Below are positions 1 through 9,808 of a stretch of 27,527 nt of DNA, piece by piece. The stretch spans positions 1 to 27,527 of the IMG/VR virus record IMGVR_UViG_3300017911_000421. One strand, given 5' to 3'. A program made the position numbers and the translations under genes. Origin of the DNA: a virus. Lineage: Duplodnaviria > Caudoviricetes. Numbering within the stretch: the first letter of the stretch is position 1; the number at the start of each line of letters is the position of its first letter. Below the pieces are notes generated by a model. It saw nothing but the letters and a program-made list of their open reading frames with translations, did not search any database and was not told the DNA's origin.

Positions 1-1467
1 GGTGTGTCTGTTAATGATCGTATCTTTATTTCTTCTGCAACAACAATTGGTAACAGTGGTATTCTTCTTGATGGTGAGTTTTCTGTTGTTGCTGTAGGTG
101 GTCTAAATTCATTTACTATTTCTGCTACAACTTCTGCTACTGCTAATGTTACTGGTGGTGGTACAGCAGATCTAAACTTTGTTTTACCTACAGAAAATAC
201 TGTACCTATTCAGGGTACTGGATATGGTGCAGGTGTATATAATGCAGGTGTAAGTACAACAGGTGAACGTGCATGGAATGAACCTGCTGCAGAAGGTGCA
301 ATTACATTCTTAAACTCACAGTGGACTTTGGACAACTGGGGTGAAGACATGGTTGCTTGTCGTAGGGGTGGACGTATTTTCCATTTTGATGCTGATTCAT
401 CTATTACACCAGAAAGAGCAACTCTTGTTACTGCTTCTCCTTCTGTAAATAATTACATTACTGTGTCTCCAAATGACAGACATCTTATTTCTTTTGGTAC
501 AAATGAGTTTGGTACAGGTAATTATAATCCAATGCTTGTACGTTGGTCTGATCAAGAAGACTATACAAACTGGACACCTTCTATTTCATCTACATCAGGT
601 GAAGTAATTCTTACAGGTGGTACAGAGATTGTAGGCTCATTACGTTCTCGTAATGCTATTCATATTTGGACAGATAATGCTATGTACACACAGCAGTTTA
701 CTGGACCACCTTTTACATTTAGTTTCCAACAAGTAGGTACTAACTGTGGTATTATTGGTCCACATGCTGCTATTGATGTTGATGGTATTTCTTATTGGAT
801 GGGTGAAGATAACTTCTATGCTTTTGATGGTAGAGTAAGAAACCTTGAATGTACAGTAAGACGTTACCTATATGATAGTTTTAACATGGTAAACAAAGAT
901 AAAGTATATGCTGGATTGAATGCAGAGTTTAATGAGATTATGTGGTTGTACCCATCAGAAAATTCTGTTGAACCAGATTCATATATTATTTATAACTACA
1001 AAGAAAACCATTGGGTGTTTGGTTCGTCTTTTTATTCAGTAATGACCCATGCATCTAAGACATTTGATAATACTATTGCTGCAGGTAAAGTATCTGCAAC
1101 AGATAGTAACTATGTTTGGAATAATGAACCAAAAGATGTCTACACAGGAGATGGTAAGATTCTTCCTTCATTCTTACAATCATCTGACTTTGATATTAAT
1201 GATGGTACAAATCTTTTATTTGTAGATCGTATTATTCCTGATTACACAATTACAGATAATGGTAATATTGATTTTAGTATTTCTTTTAAAGAATATCCTA
1301 ATAGTACTCCAATTGTAAAAGGACCTTTTACTATTCAGCAGGGAACACGAAAGGTTGATCTTCGTGGACGTGGTAGACAGGCTAATGTTATTGTGTCTGC
1401 AAGCTCCAACGGTTCTTGGAGATGGGGTTCTGTACGTGCTAACATTAGACCAGACGGTATGAGATAA
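1..1467 (+). CDS. Tail tubular/nozzle (DNA stabilization-type) virion protein, 5' truncated
   Basis: Frame is open from base 1. Beta-rich repeats (WTLDNWGED, VRWSDQED, IHIWTD, NCGIIGPHAA, YWMG) typical of podovirus nozzle/stabilization beta-propeller proteins; lies just upstream of ejection-protein genes. Confidence 0.7.
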   Translation, partial: GVSVNDRIFISSATTIGNSGILLDGEFSVVAVGGLNSFTISATTSATANVTGGGTADLNFVLPTENTVPIQGTGYGAGVYNAGVSTTGERAWNEPAAEGAITFLNSQWTLDNWGEDMVACRRGGRIFHFDADSSITPERATLVTASPSVNNYITVSPNDRHLISFGTNEFGTGNYNPMLVRWSDQEDYTNWTPSISSTSGEVILTGGTEIVGSLRSRNAIHIWTDNAMYTQQFTGPPFTFSFQQVGTNCGIIGPHAAIDVDGISYWMGEDNFYAFDGRVRNLECTVRRYLYDSFNMVNKDKVYAGLNAEFNEIMWLYPSENSVEPDSYIIYNYKENHWVFGSSFYSVMTHASKTFDNTIAAGKVSATDSNYVWNNEPKDVYTGDGKILPSFLQSSDFDINDGTNLLFVDRIIPDYTITDNGNIDFSISFKEYPNSTPIVKGPFTIQQGTRKVDLRGRGRQANVIVSASSNGSWRWGSVRANIRPDGMR

Positions 1468-1739
1468 TGGCTAATTATCCTCAACTGCCTATTTACAATG
1501 CAGTACGTAATATGAGTACAGAAGATCTGTACAGAGAGATTAGACAGTTTGCAGATTTGTTGGCATATGAACTTAATACAAGAGATATACAAGTAGACAC
1601 AAGACCTGCAACAAAAGTATACAGTGTAGTAACTGTAACAGATATTGGCAGACCTAGCCCCGGAGATATTGCTTTTTCTCTTGATGAAGAAAAGTTTAAG
1701 GGCTATGTTAGTAGCACAGGATGGGTAGATTTAAACTAA
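1467..1739 (+). CDS. Hypothetical virion-module protein, 90 aa
   Basis: TAATG overlap with the upstream stop. C-terminal PGDIAFS...KFKGY...GWVDL resembles small tail-associated motifs. Confidence 0.7.
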   Translation: MANYPQLPIYNAVRNMSTEDLYREIRQFADLLAYELNTRDIQVDTRPATKVYSVVTVTDIGRPSPGDIAFSLDEEKFKGYVSSTGWVDLN

Positions 1740-1954
1740 TGGACAATAAAAACTATTTTGATTTAATCAATAACAGCACTTTTGTTACCAATATTAATAA
1801 AGGTATTACTCAAACCAATGATTATTTTGGTACAAAAACAGTGCAGGGTCTGGCATTAAACATGAATTCATTGTATAATAAGACAAATAGCAACTTTCAA
1901 GCAGATATGACTAAGGCACAATCAAACTACATGATGCCGAATAAGGTAAAATAA
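1739..1954 (+). CDS. Hypothetical protein, 71 aa (start moved from 1721 to 1739)
   Basis: TAATG coupling at both ends (1737-1741 and 1952-1956). Confidence 0.65.
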   Translation: MDNKNYFDLINNSTFVTNINKGITQTNDYFGTKTVQGLALNMNSLYNKTNSNFQADMTKAQSNYMMPNKVK

Positions 1955-2643
1955 TGGCGTATATGGTAAATAGACAAGCACCCATGAGTGGGTTATCTAA
2001 TCTTCTCTCTCTACGTGGACGTATGGGTGATACTGAACTTGTGCATATGTCAAAGCCAGAAGTCAATATGCTTCGGCGTATGGGTGAACTAACAATGAAC
2101 CCACGTACAGGATTGCCAGAAGCATTTCAATTGAATGATATGATGACAGGTTTATCTGGCTTGGCTTCTAGTTTTACATCTGGTAAAGAAGCAATGCAAG
2201 AACTAATGAACTTTGGTTTAAACAAGATGACAAAGTTTGAACAACCTGAAATGCCTGTAGAACAGCCTCAGATGCCCATACAGCAGCCTCAAATGTCTCA
2301 GCCTATGATGCCACCACAAGGTGGTATTGCTGCACTTGCAGGAGGCCGACAGCCTAATTCAAGGTACTTTTCTGGTCAGGTAAAAGGTTCAGGTGATGGG
2401 ATGGATGACGAAGTACCGTTCAAGGTAGAAGGTGACCCACAAATTAAAAAGGCTTTGCTTAGTGCTGATGAATATGTAATTGCTGCAGATGTTGTGTCTG
2501 AACTAGGTAATGGTTCATCCAATGCAGGAGCACGTAAGTTAGATGAGTTTATGAAAGATGTTCGTAAAGATGCAAATGGTAAAACAACTCAAATGAAAGA
2601 AGTTGACGAAAACAAATTATTCCGGGAGTTAAAAAATGGTTGA
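1954..2643 (+). CDS. Putative internal virion protein, 229 aa
   Basis: GRMGDTELVH...NPRTGLPEAF motif, Q/P/M linker, and C-terminal GSGDGMDDEVP...LSADEYVIAADVV motif; located in the ejection-protein block. Confidence 0.6.
   Translation: MAYMVNRQAPMSGLSNLLSLRGRMGDTELVHMSKPEVNMLRRMGELTMNPRTGLPEAFQLNDMMTGLSGLASSFTSGKEAMQELMNFGLNKMTKFEQPEMPVEQPQMPIQQPQMSQPMMPPQGGIAALAGGRQPNSRYFSGQVKGSGDGMDDEVPFKVEGDPQIKKALLSADEYVIAADVVSELGNGSSNAGARKLDEFMKDVRKDANGKTTQMKEVDENKLFRELKNG
2239..2313 (+). repeat. Degenerate in-frame tandem repeat, about 21-nt unit (EQPEMPV-EQPQMPI-QQPQMS-QPMMP)
   Basis: gaacaacctgaaatgcctgta / gaacagcctcagatgcccata / cagcagcctcaaatgtct / cagcctatgatgcca. Confidence 0.7.
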
Positions 2644-4291
2644 CGTTGGTCAGGTAGGTCAATTCCAAACACCAGAAGACTATAAGTCTGGTTTGGCAGA
2701 TGTCCTAAAAGAAGCTAAAAATATTTATGAAGCAAAGAAAGAACTAGGATACCAGACCTATGGTGGTCCACGTATTGCTGGTTTTTCACCTGAAGAGCAA
2801 GCTGCAATGGCAGGGATTGCAGGTCTTGTAGGTGCAGGTCAACAATATCTTGCTCCGGCTGCTGGTTTGACTGCAGGGTTGGCTCAACAATTTACTCCCA
2901 GTGTTGCCCAACAATATATGTCACCATATCAGCAAGCAGTTATTGATGTAGAAAAACGTGAAGCTATTCGTCAAGCTCAACGTCCTATGCAAGACATTGG
3001 TGCTGCTGCTACTCAGGCAGGTGGCTTTGGTGGTTCTCGTCAGGCTATTCTTGAGGCAGAAGCACAACGTAATCTACAGCAACGTCTAGGAGACATTCAA
3101 ACTCGTGGACAACAGGCTGCATATGAAACTGGTCTTCGTGCATTTGAATCTCAAAAGGCTCGTGAAAAGTCTGCTGCTGCAGGTCTTACATCACTTGGTC
3201 AGATTGCACCACGTCAACAGTTGACTGAACTTACAGCACTGTCTGGTATTGGTGAAGCACAACGTGGTATGCAACAGCAAGCACTTGATATTGGTTATCA
3301 AGACTTCTTGAAACAACAACAATATCCATATGAACTTCTTGGTCAGTATCAATCTACTTTGTATGGTTATCCTTATCAAGCTTATAGCCAGCAAACATAT
3401 ACTCCATACCAGAAACCTTCTAGCTTCCAACAACTTGCTGGTGTGCTTGGTGCTGCTGGTAAAGTGGGTTCTGCATTTGGTTTCTTTAACACAGGTGGTA
3501 AGATTGCTTACCGTTCTAAGGGTGGTTTGTCAGGTCTTACAAAAAAAATGCAAACTGGTTCTACTGTAGGTTCAACACCTATGGAAATTGAAGACATTAA
3601 TAAAAAAACTATTCTTATGAAGTATCTTGAAAATATGGGTCTTGGTCAACAACTAATGGATGAGCAAGCAAAGTTTAGAGAAGAACAACAAAAGTTTGCA
3701 GAAAAAAGAATGTCTGAATTAGAAAAAGAAGCAAGTCCTATTTCTTATGCATCTGATGTTTTGCTTGGTATTGCTGCTGCAGATCCTCGTGATCCTTTTG
3801 CAACACAACTTGCTGCTGGTGTAGAGGAGGCAGAAGAGGTTCGTCCTGATGTAGAACTTGCTCGTTATGAAGTACAGAAAGCTTTGGCTGAAGGACGTAT
3901 CTCAGAACTTGAAGCACAGGCTGCTCTTAATAAAGCAAATATTGAAGGTATGACAAGTATTTATGAATTATCTACACCTACTGATTATTTGTCTGGTCTT
4001 GATGTAACAACTACCCTTGGTAAGTTTGCTGAAAGTTTAGGTATTGCTAAAGGTAATATTACAGATCTTGTAACAAATGCACGTTCTCAGGCACGTACTA
4101 TTATTGCAGAAAATCCAAGCATGTATGATACTCAATCAAAACAAGAAGAACTTATTATGGGAATTATGGGGCAGTTAGCTGCCCAAGGTAAGGCTGGTGG
4201 AGCAGGTACACCTGCAGAAACAGAATCTAGTGATACTACTGCAAATAGTACAGTAGGTGTAACTGCAGAAGATATTTTGGATGCTGAATAA
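2636..4291 (+). CDS. DNA ejection/pilot (internal virion) protein, 551 aa
   Basis: Q/A/G-rich helical protein with YMSPYQQAVID and AGGFGGSRQ motifs and glycine-rich hydrophobic stretches; GGGAG SD upstream. Confidence 0.65.
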   Translation: MVDVGQVGQFQTPEDYKSGLADVLKEAKNIYEAKKELGYQTYGGPRIAGFSPEEQAAMAGIAGLVGAGQQYLAPAAGLTAGLAQQFTPSVAQQYMSPYQQAVIDVEKREAIRQAQRPMQDIGAAATQAGGFGGSRQAILEAEAQRNLQQRLGDIQTRGQQAAYETGLRAFESQKAREKSAAAGLTSLGQIAPRQQLTELTALSGIGEAQRGMQQQALDIGYQDFLKQQQYPYELLGQYQSTLYGYPYQAYSQQTYTPYQKPSSFQQLAGVLGAAGKVGSAFGFFNTGGKIAYRSKGGLSGLTKKMQTGSTVGSTPMEIEDINKKTILMKYLENMGLGQQLMDEQAKFREEQQKFAEKRMSELEKEASPISYASDVLLGIAAADPRDPFATQLAAGVEEAEEVRPDVELARYEVQKALAEGRISELEAQAALNKANIEGMTSIYELSTPTDYLSGLDVTTTLGKFAESLGIAKGNITDLVTNARSQARTIIAENPSMYDTQSKQEELIMGIMGQLAAQGKAGGAGTPAETESSDTTANSTVGVTAEDILDAE

Positions 4292-7200
4292 TGGCTCTTA
4301 ATTATAAGTCTCAAACTTATAATCAAGCAAAAAGTGCTCTGGCTGGAATCAAGGCAGAGAAGGGTTCTCTTACCCAAAATGATATTAATGCAGTAGCTCG
4401 TTCTCTTGAAGTTGATGCTGCTGATATTAAAGATGCAGCACAAGATGAAAAGAATGCTTTGGCTGGTGCTAGAGATTTTGCAGATAAACTTGGTCTTGCT
4501 CCTGATGATGAAAGACGAAAAGAATTAGAAACATATTTTACTACTGAAAATTATTCAGGTCCTTTTGAAAGAATGTTTCGTAGGGCTGTAGGTGCTACTG
4601 CTGATGCTGCGGGTTTTATTGGTGAAGCAGCTTTGCCAGAAGAAATTTTAAACAGAACTGAGCAAGCATATGAATATGTAATTCCTAAAAGTATTAGAAA
4701 AGATATTCAAGGTTTTTTAGATCCTTATCATGGTAAAGGTATTATGGCAGGGGTTGAAGAAGTCGGTGGTACTCTTGCAAGTTATGCATTGCCTGTTGGA
4801 ACAGCCGTTAAAGTTGGTGAAAAGGTTGCTCGTTCTACTCCATTTATAGCAAATACTTTTAATCGTCTTGGTTCTAAAGGAAAAACACTTGCAAAAGCAG
4901 GTGGCTATGGTGTTGCTTGGGCAGCAGGTGCAACTGCTATTGAAGACCCAAGAGAAAATCCTTTTGATTTGGTTCGTGCTTATGTGTTTGAAGATGCACA
5001 AGCAATGGAACGTTTAAAACAACTGGCTGAAAATCCAGATGATGTAGAAGCAAAAGATTATCTTGATGCTTTTATTCGTAATCTTGCTATTGAAGGTTTG
5101 TTTGGTGCAGGTGTACATTCTGCAGGATCTATGGCTTCTGCTCTTGCTCGTAGTTATAGGCAAGGTTCTCTTTCATCTGTTCGGAATACAGTAACACAAA
5201 TTGGTGATACAACTCGTGGTGCTGCTCGTCCTTTTGTATCAACTCTAGCAGACATTACAGAAAAGCCACGTAGACGTGTTGGGCAGTATCTTGGTTCTCG
5301 TATGGGAACTGATGATAATTTTCTTCGTGCTTTGTTAAAAAGAGAAACCATTGACGAACAATCAGTTATTCGTGCTGATGGTTTTGCAACAGAACTTCAA
5401 AAATCTATTGATGACACATTACCAGAACAATATAAAACAGATGAGTTTTATAGAGATGTAATTAATGAAGCACTTGCTGGCAACGAAGATCGTATTCGTA
5501 TGTTGCAAAACATTGCTCCTGAAGTTGCAGAAAATGTAAGACTAATGAGAAATGAACTTGATAGTCTTTCTGCTCGTTTGCCTGTAGGGGGTGGTAATCT
5601 TCGTGCAACAATTGATTCTAATATGGGTGTTTATCTTAACAGGTCATATGATTTTTTTGAAAGTCCTGCATATAGAAAAGAACTTCAAAAAAGAATTTTA
5701 AAAAGACCAGAAAATATTCAAAGAGAACGTTTGGTTAATGACCGTGTACGTAGAGGAGAAATTACAAGAGAAGAAGGTGATGCTCTTATTGATGGTCTAA
5801 CTGATAACGTTATTGACAATGCTGCTGATTATGTGGCACGTCAATTAGGTGTAGCAAGAAACAATCCTATTGTTCAAGATACTCTTGAAAAACTAGCAAA
5901 GACTGAGGATGCTTCGACCTTTTCTAATTTTATAGAAAGTCTAGCAGGTAAAAACAAGTATGCATCATCAAGTAAACCTTTGATGAGCAGGAAAGATATT
6001 GATGTAAGTATTCGTGATTTGCTTGGTGAAGTAAAAGACCCAGCAAAAAACTTTACAAATACATATATTAAACTTGCTAATATGAATGCTCAGTATGATT
6101 TTATGGAAGAAGTTGCATCACATCTTAGCATTCAGTTTCAAAATAAAGTAAGAAAATTACGAGAAAGAAATCCTAATCTTACACAGGATGAAGCTATCAG
6201 ACAAGTACAACAAAGCATGGTAGAACTTTCTTCTGATGTTGGTGCAGATAAAAAACTTAAATGGATTTTTGAAGGTGCTAATCGTGGTGATGTAGCCAAT
6301 CCTTTGCAGGGTGTCTATGCAGATAAAGCATATGCAGATGCAATTAAAAAAGGTTTTGATGTAACTCTTGAAGGCATAAGACCGACCTTATTAAAAAATA
6401 TTATACAAGGCTATGCAGGTTTAAAAGGTTCTTCTCAGTTTGCAAAAACTGTTTTAAATATTCCTACACATGGTAAAAACATGATAGGTAACGTTGTTAT
6501 GCTTACAGCAAATGGTATTCTTCCTACAGGAACATCTATATCAAAAGCAGTTAAAACAACAGCAAACCAATTACGTAATAAAAATAATAGAGAATTAGCA
6601 GATCAGTTAGCTGAATATGTAGAGCTTGGTATTACTAACTCTGGTGTTGGTCTTGGTATTGTTAGACGAAATCTTAATGAAGCATTTAAAGATTCTGATA
6701 GATACCTTTCAAAAGTTACTGGCTTTAATCGTGCAAAAGCAGCAGGTAAAAAAATTGCTGATGTATATCAGGCAGAAGATGACTTCTTTAAAATTATTCA
6801 TTTTGAACGTACAAAAGATTATCTTAAAAAAGTATATCCTACATTAGATGATAATGCTATTAAACAAATGGCTGCACAACGTACTCGTGACATGATGCCT
6901 AACTATCGTCTTGTGCCTCGTGCTATTAAAATGACAGGTTATTCTCCTGTAGGTGACTTTGTTGCTTTCCCTGCAGAAATGATTCGTACATCTAAAAATC
7001 TTGCTAAATATACTTTTGATGATATTCGTAATGCAGGATTTAAAGCAAGTGATGAAAACTTTAATGCTAATGAATTACGTAAAGTAGCTGCAACTCGATT
7101 GGCAGGTATGACAGTTGCTGGACAGTTTGGTGATGTTGTTCATAATGCATCTATGGCAATGTTCGGTATTACAGAAGAACAAGATAAATCTATGTCTCTT

Positions 7201-8112
7201 CTTGGTGCTCCTTATTATGTAAATCAAGATAGAGTTTATTTAGGTCCTATAGAAAAAGATGAAAAAACTGGACACGTTATTTCTCCTTTATTTTATTTAG
7301 GTTCATATGATCCTTACAATATTGTTAAGATTGCTGCAAGAGGTGTACATCAAGCACTTTTAGAAGGTAAAACTATGTCAGATGTTGAACTAGATCGTTT
7401 GGCAACAGGTACACTTGAACAAACATTATATCCTATTGTTGGACCTTCTATGATTACAGAAACTATTCGTGATATTTATTCTGGCAAACAAGATTATGAT
7501 ATGCCAGCTAAAGAATTTTTAGCTAATTCTCTTAGCATGATTGTTGATCTTTATGATCCCGGATACAAAAAGTTTTTTGAACGTAGAGAAGACTATGAAA
7601 ATTCTGGAATGTCAGACAACTTCTTTACTATTGCAGAAGGTGATGTAGATGTTCCAGCTTTCTTTGGTTTTAGACGTACTAATTATGATATGTCTGCAGG
7701 TATTGGACGTAATATTTTCACACCAATTAGCCGTATTAAAAAAGCAGACAGAACATTAAAAAATGTATTGAACAATCCTAATGCTACAGCCGAAAATGTA
7801 AGTAAGGCATACAGAGATACACAAAAAGAAAGACTTGAAGGTTTCAAAGAACTTCGTGGTGTGTTAGAATTATACAAAGATATGGGTTATTCCATTGAAG
7901 GATTAGCACAGGATATTACTTTGGGTGGAAAGAAAAGACAACTTCAACCATCTGAACTACAATTAATTTATGCTGCAGATCAAAATACTTTTGTGCCTAC
8001 AGATTTAAAACCAAGAGAAACATTTGCAGGACCACAAGCAGATATTCCATATGAGGAAATAAATACTTTATACGAACAACTATACAATTCAAGGATAGAT
8101 CCAAATGGCTAA
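4291..8112 (+). CDS. Large internal virion/ejectosome protein, 1273 aa (T7 gp16-like position)
   Basis: Largest ORF, predicted helical, G/A-rich hydrophobic segments, follows the pilot protein via TAATG. No catalytic motif recognised. Confidence 0.6.
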   Translation: MALNYKSQTYNQAKSALAGIKAEKGSLTQNDINAVARSLEVDAADIKDAAQDEKNALAGARDFADKLGLAPDDERRKELETYFTTENYSGPFERMFRRAVGATADAAGFIGEAALPEEILNRTEQAYEYVIPKSIRKDIQGFLDPYHGKGIMAGVEEVGGTLASYALPVGTAVKVGEKVARSTPFIANTFNRLGSKGKTLAKAGGYGVAWAAGATAIEDPRENPFDLVRAYVFEDAQAMERLKQLAENPDDVEAKDYLDAFIRNLAIEGLFGAGVHSAGSMASALARSYRQGSLSSVRNTVTQIGDTTRGAARPFVSTLADITEKPRRRVGQYLGSRMGTDDNFLRALLKRETIDEQSVIRADGFATELQKSIDDTLPEQYKTDEFYRDVINEALAGNEDRIRMLQNIAPEVAENVRLMRNELDSLSARLPVGGGNLRATIDSNMGVYLNRSYDFFESPAYRKELQKRILKRPENIQRERLVNDRVRRGEITREEGDALIDGLTDNVIDNAADYVARQLGVARNNPIVQDTLEKLAKTEDASTFSNFIESLAGKNKYASSSKPLMSRKDIDVSIRDLLGEVKDPAKNFTNTYIKLANMNAQYDFMEEVASHLSIQFQNKVRKLRERNPNLTQDEAIRQVQQSMVELSSDVGADKKLKWIFEGANRGDVANPLQGVYADKAYADAIKKGFDVTLEGIRPTLLKNIIQGYAGLKGSSQFAKTVLNIPTHGKNMIGNVVMLTANGILPTGTSISKAVKTTANQLRNKNNRELADQLAEYVELGITNSGVGLGIVRRNLNEAFKDSDRYLSKVTGFNRAKAAGKKIADVYQAEDDFFKIIHFERTKDYLKKVYPTLDDNAIKQMAAQRTRDMMPNYRLVPRAIKMTGYSPVGDFVAFPAEMIRTSKNLAKYTFDDIRNAGFKASDENFNANELRKVAATRLAGMTVAGQFGDVVHNASMAMFGITEEQDKSMSLLGAPYYVNQDRVYLGPIEKDEKTGHVISPLFYLGSYDPYNIVKIAARGVHQALLEGKTMSDVELDRLATGTLEQTLYPIVGPSMITETIRDIYSGKQDYDMPAKEFLANSLSMIVDLYDPGYKKFFERREDYENSGMSDNFFTIAEGDVDVPAFFGFRRTNYDMSAGIGRNIFTPISRIKKADRTLKNVLNNPNATAENVSKAYRDTQKERLEGFKELRGVLELYKDMGYSIEGLAQDITLGGKKRQLQPSELQLIYAADQNTFVPTDLKPRETFAGPQADIPYEEINTLYEQLYNSRIDPNG

Positions 8113-9076
8113 GAAGAAAAAAGGTACACTAAAAGACATGGTAAAAGCACCACGTACAATTGACATTGATGGTCAGTTGCACATGCTTGCATGGATTACT
8201 CCAGAAGAAGGACGTACACTAAAACAACTTGGTGGTGCTGGTAAAAAAGGTCCAATGGGTATTCCTGCTTATCCACCACAAGATTTTGGTGCTGCTCGTC
8301 CTGATTATGCAGACATCCAACAATCAGAAAGTGGTGGTGCTAGTCCAAACACTGGTTTTGTAGGTGGCGATCAAGACGATAGAGATCCATATGATCCGGG
8401 AGAAAGAGCATCTGATTCTTATGGTAAAGATCAAGATTTATCTATAGCTGGTGTTCAAGATACTCCAACTTACGGTGGTTTAACAGAACAACAAAGAGAA
8501 GATTTTGCTGATACACGATTAGGCCAAAGAGCACAAGCATTAGAAGAATCTGGTCAGAGCATTACTGGATATAAAATTAATCCTGCTACTGGTAAGGTTG
8601 CTGGTTTTATGCATACAAGTCCTTTTTCATCTGGGCTTGCTTCTATATATGGTACATTAACAGGTCAAGAAAATGTACTTGGTCAAGTATATTCTGGTGA
8701 TCCTAGTTTTGATCCTTTTGCTTCTAATCAATATAATAATGATGGTGGGGGTGCAGAACAACGTACACCTGCTTCTGCTGTATCTACTGTTGCTGCTGTT
8801 GAAGAAGAAGATACACCATTAACAGAAGCTCTAAAAAGTTATTATGCAAAAGGTATAGGAACTGCAACACAACCTACATCTGATCTTGCATCCTTAATTA
8901 GTACAACAACACAGGCTACTCCTAGTCCTGTAGGTGGACGTTATGATCCTGAAACTGGTTTGTATTATCTTCCAGATGGTACAGTTATTGACATTCGTAC
9001 AGGCAAAAGAGTACAGCCAAAACGACAACCACTAACTATTAAGGGGCTTGAAATGTTTAAGCCAGTAAGTGCTTAA
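8105..9076 (+). CDS. Putative internal virion protein, 323 aa
   Basis: N-terminal HMLAWITPEEGRTLKQLGGAG..GPMGIPAY motif related to that of 1954..2643; remainder is low-complexity G/D/S/T-rich. Confidence 0.55.
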   Translation: MAKKKKGTLKDMVKAPRTIDIDGQLHMLAWITPEEGRTLKQLGGAGKKGPMGIPAYPPQDFGAARPDYADIQQSESGGASPNTGFVGGDQDDRDPYDPGERASDSYGKDQDLSIAGVQDTPTYGGLTEQQREDFADTRLGQRAQALEESGQSITGYKINPATGKVAGFMHTSPFSSGLASIYGTLTGQENVLGQVYSGDPSFDPFASNQYNNDGGGAEQRTPASAVSTVAAVEEEDTPLTEALKSYYAKGIGTATQPTSDLASLISTTTQATPSPVGGRYDPETGLYYLPDGTVIDIRTGKRVQPKRQPLTIKGLEMFKPVSA

Positions 9077-9276
9077 TGGGAGCACAACAGATACTAGAGT
9101 GGAAGATTCTTCCACGATTAATGATGCTGGTAATGACCATAATGAGTTGGCGTTGTGCCGAGTGGTTTATGAGCTTGGAAGACCCAACAGCACCACAATC
9201 AGCCTTTGTAAGCATTGTAATGGGTGCTATGACAGGTGCATTCGGAATCTGGATGGGTGGAGAAAGTAAGAAATGA
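9076..9276 (+). CDS. Small 2-TM membrane protein, putative holin/antiholin, 66 aa
   Basis: Two hydrophobic segments and a charged tail (GESKK). TAATG upstream and ATGA overlap with the lysozyme start. Confidence 0.55.
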   Translation: MGAQQILEWKILPRLMMLVMTIMSWRCAEWFMSLEDPTAPQSAFVSIVMGAMTGAFGIWMGGESKK

Positions 9277-9758
9277 AATACAGTAGAAAACATTTTATTG
9301 AAAAACTAATTGAACATGAAGGTATGGTTCTTACTGTGTACCAAGATACTCTTGGGATTGACACTATTGGTGTAGGAAGAAATCTTATTGATCGTGGTAT
9401 TAGCAAAGAAGAACTAGATTATATGGACATTCCTAACATGGGTGTTATCTATGAGTTTGGCATTAATGAAAATGATGCAAAGTATCTTCTTGAAAACGAT
9501 ATTGAGATTGTAGAAAAAGAATTATGTGCAGCACATCCTTGTGTTGAAGAATTGGATTCAGTACGACAACTTGTATTGATGGACATGGCATTTAACATGG
9601 GTGTTCCACGTTTAAAAAAATTTGTAAAGATGTGGAATGCAATACACGAAGAAATGTTTCATATTGCAGCCGAGGAAATGTTAGATTCAAGGTGGGCAAC
9701 TCAAGTTGGAAGACGTGCAGATATTTTATCCAATGCCATGAAAGAGGGAAGTTTTTAA
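9273..9758 (+). CDS. Endolysin, GH24 (T4-type) lysozyme
   Basis: HEGMVLTVYQDTLGIDTIGVG matches the T4 lysozyme E-x8-D-x5-T catalytic motif. Also DMAFNMG and MLDSRWATQVGRRA. Confidence 0.92.
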   Translation: MKYSRKHFIEKLIEHEGMVLTVYQDTLGIDTIGVGRNLIDRGISKEELDYMDIPNMGVIYEFGINENDAKYLLENDIEIVEKELCAAHPCVEELDSVRQLVLMDMAFNMGVPRLKKFVKMWNAIHEEMFHIAAEEMLDSRWATQVGRRADILSNAMKEGSF

Positions 9759-9808
9759 TGTGGCCTTATACAAATGAAGAAGAGGAATGGTTGAATGGGT
9801 ACGCCTAG
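9758..9808 (+). CDS. Candidate 16-aa micro-ORF MWPYTNEEEEWLNGYA
   Basis: TAATG overlap with the lysozyme stop and GAGGG SD upstream; fills the gap and overlaps the next start. Confidence 0.4.
   Translation: MWPYTNEEEEWLNGYA

Noticed and set aside
9069-9269. Cys-rich alternative-frame ORF overlapping the 2-TM gene (possible nested spanin)
   Set aside because: No signal peptide or lipobox; Cys/Arg content is what a shifted reading of a hydrophobic gene would give; the 9076 frame has the coupling signals.
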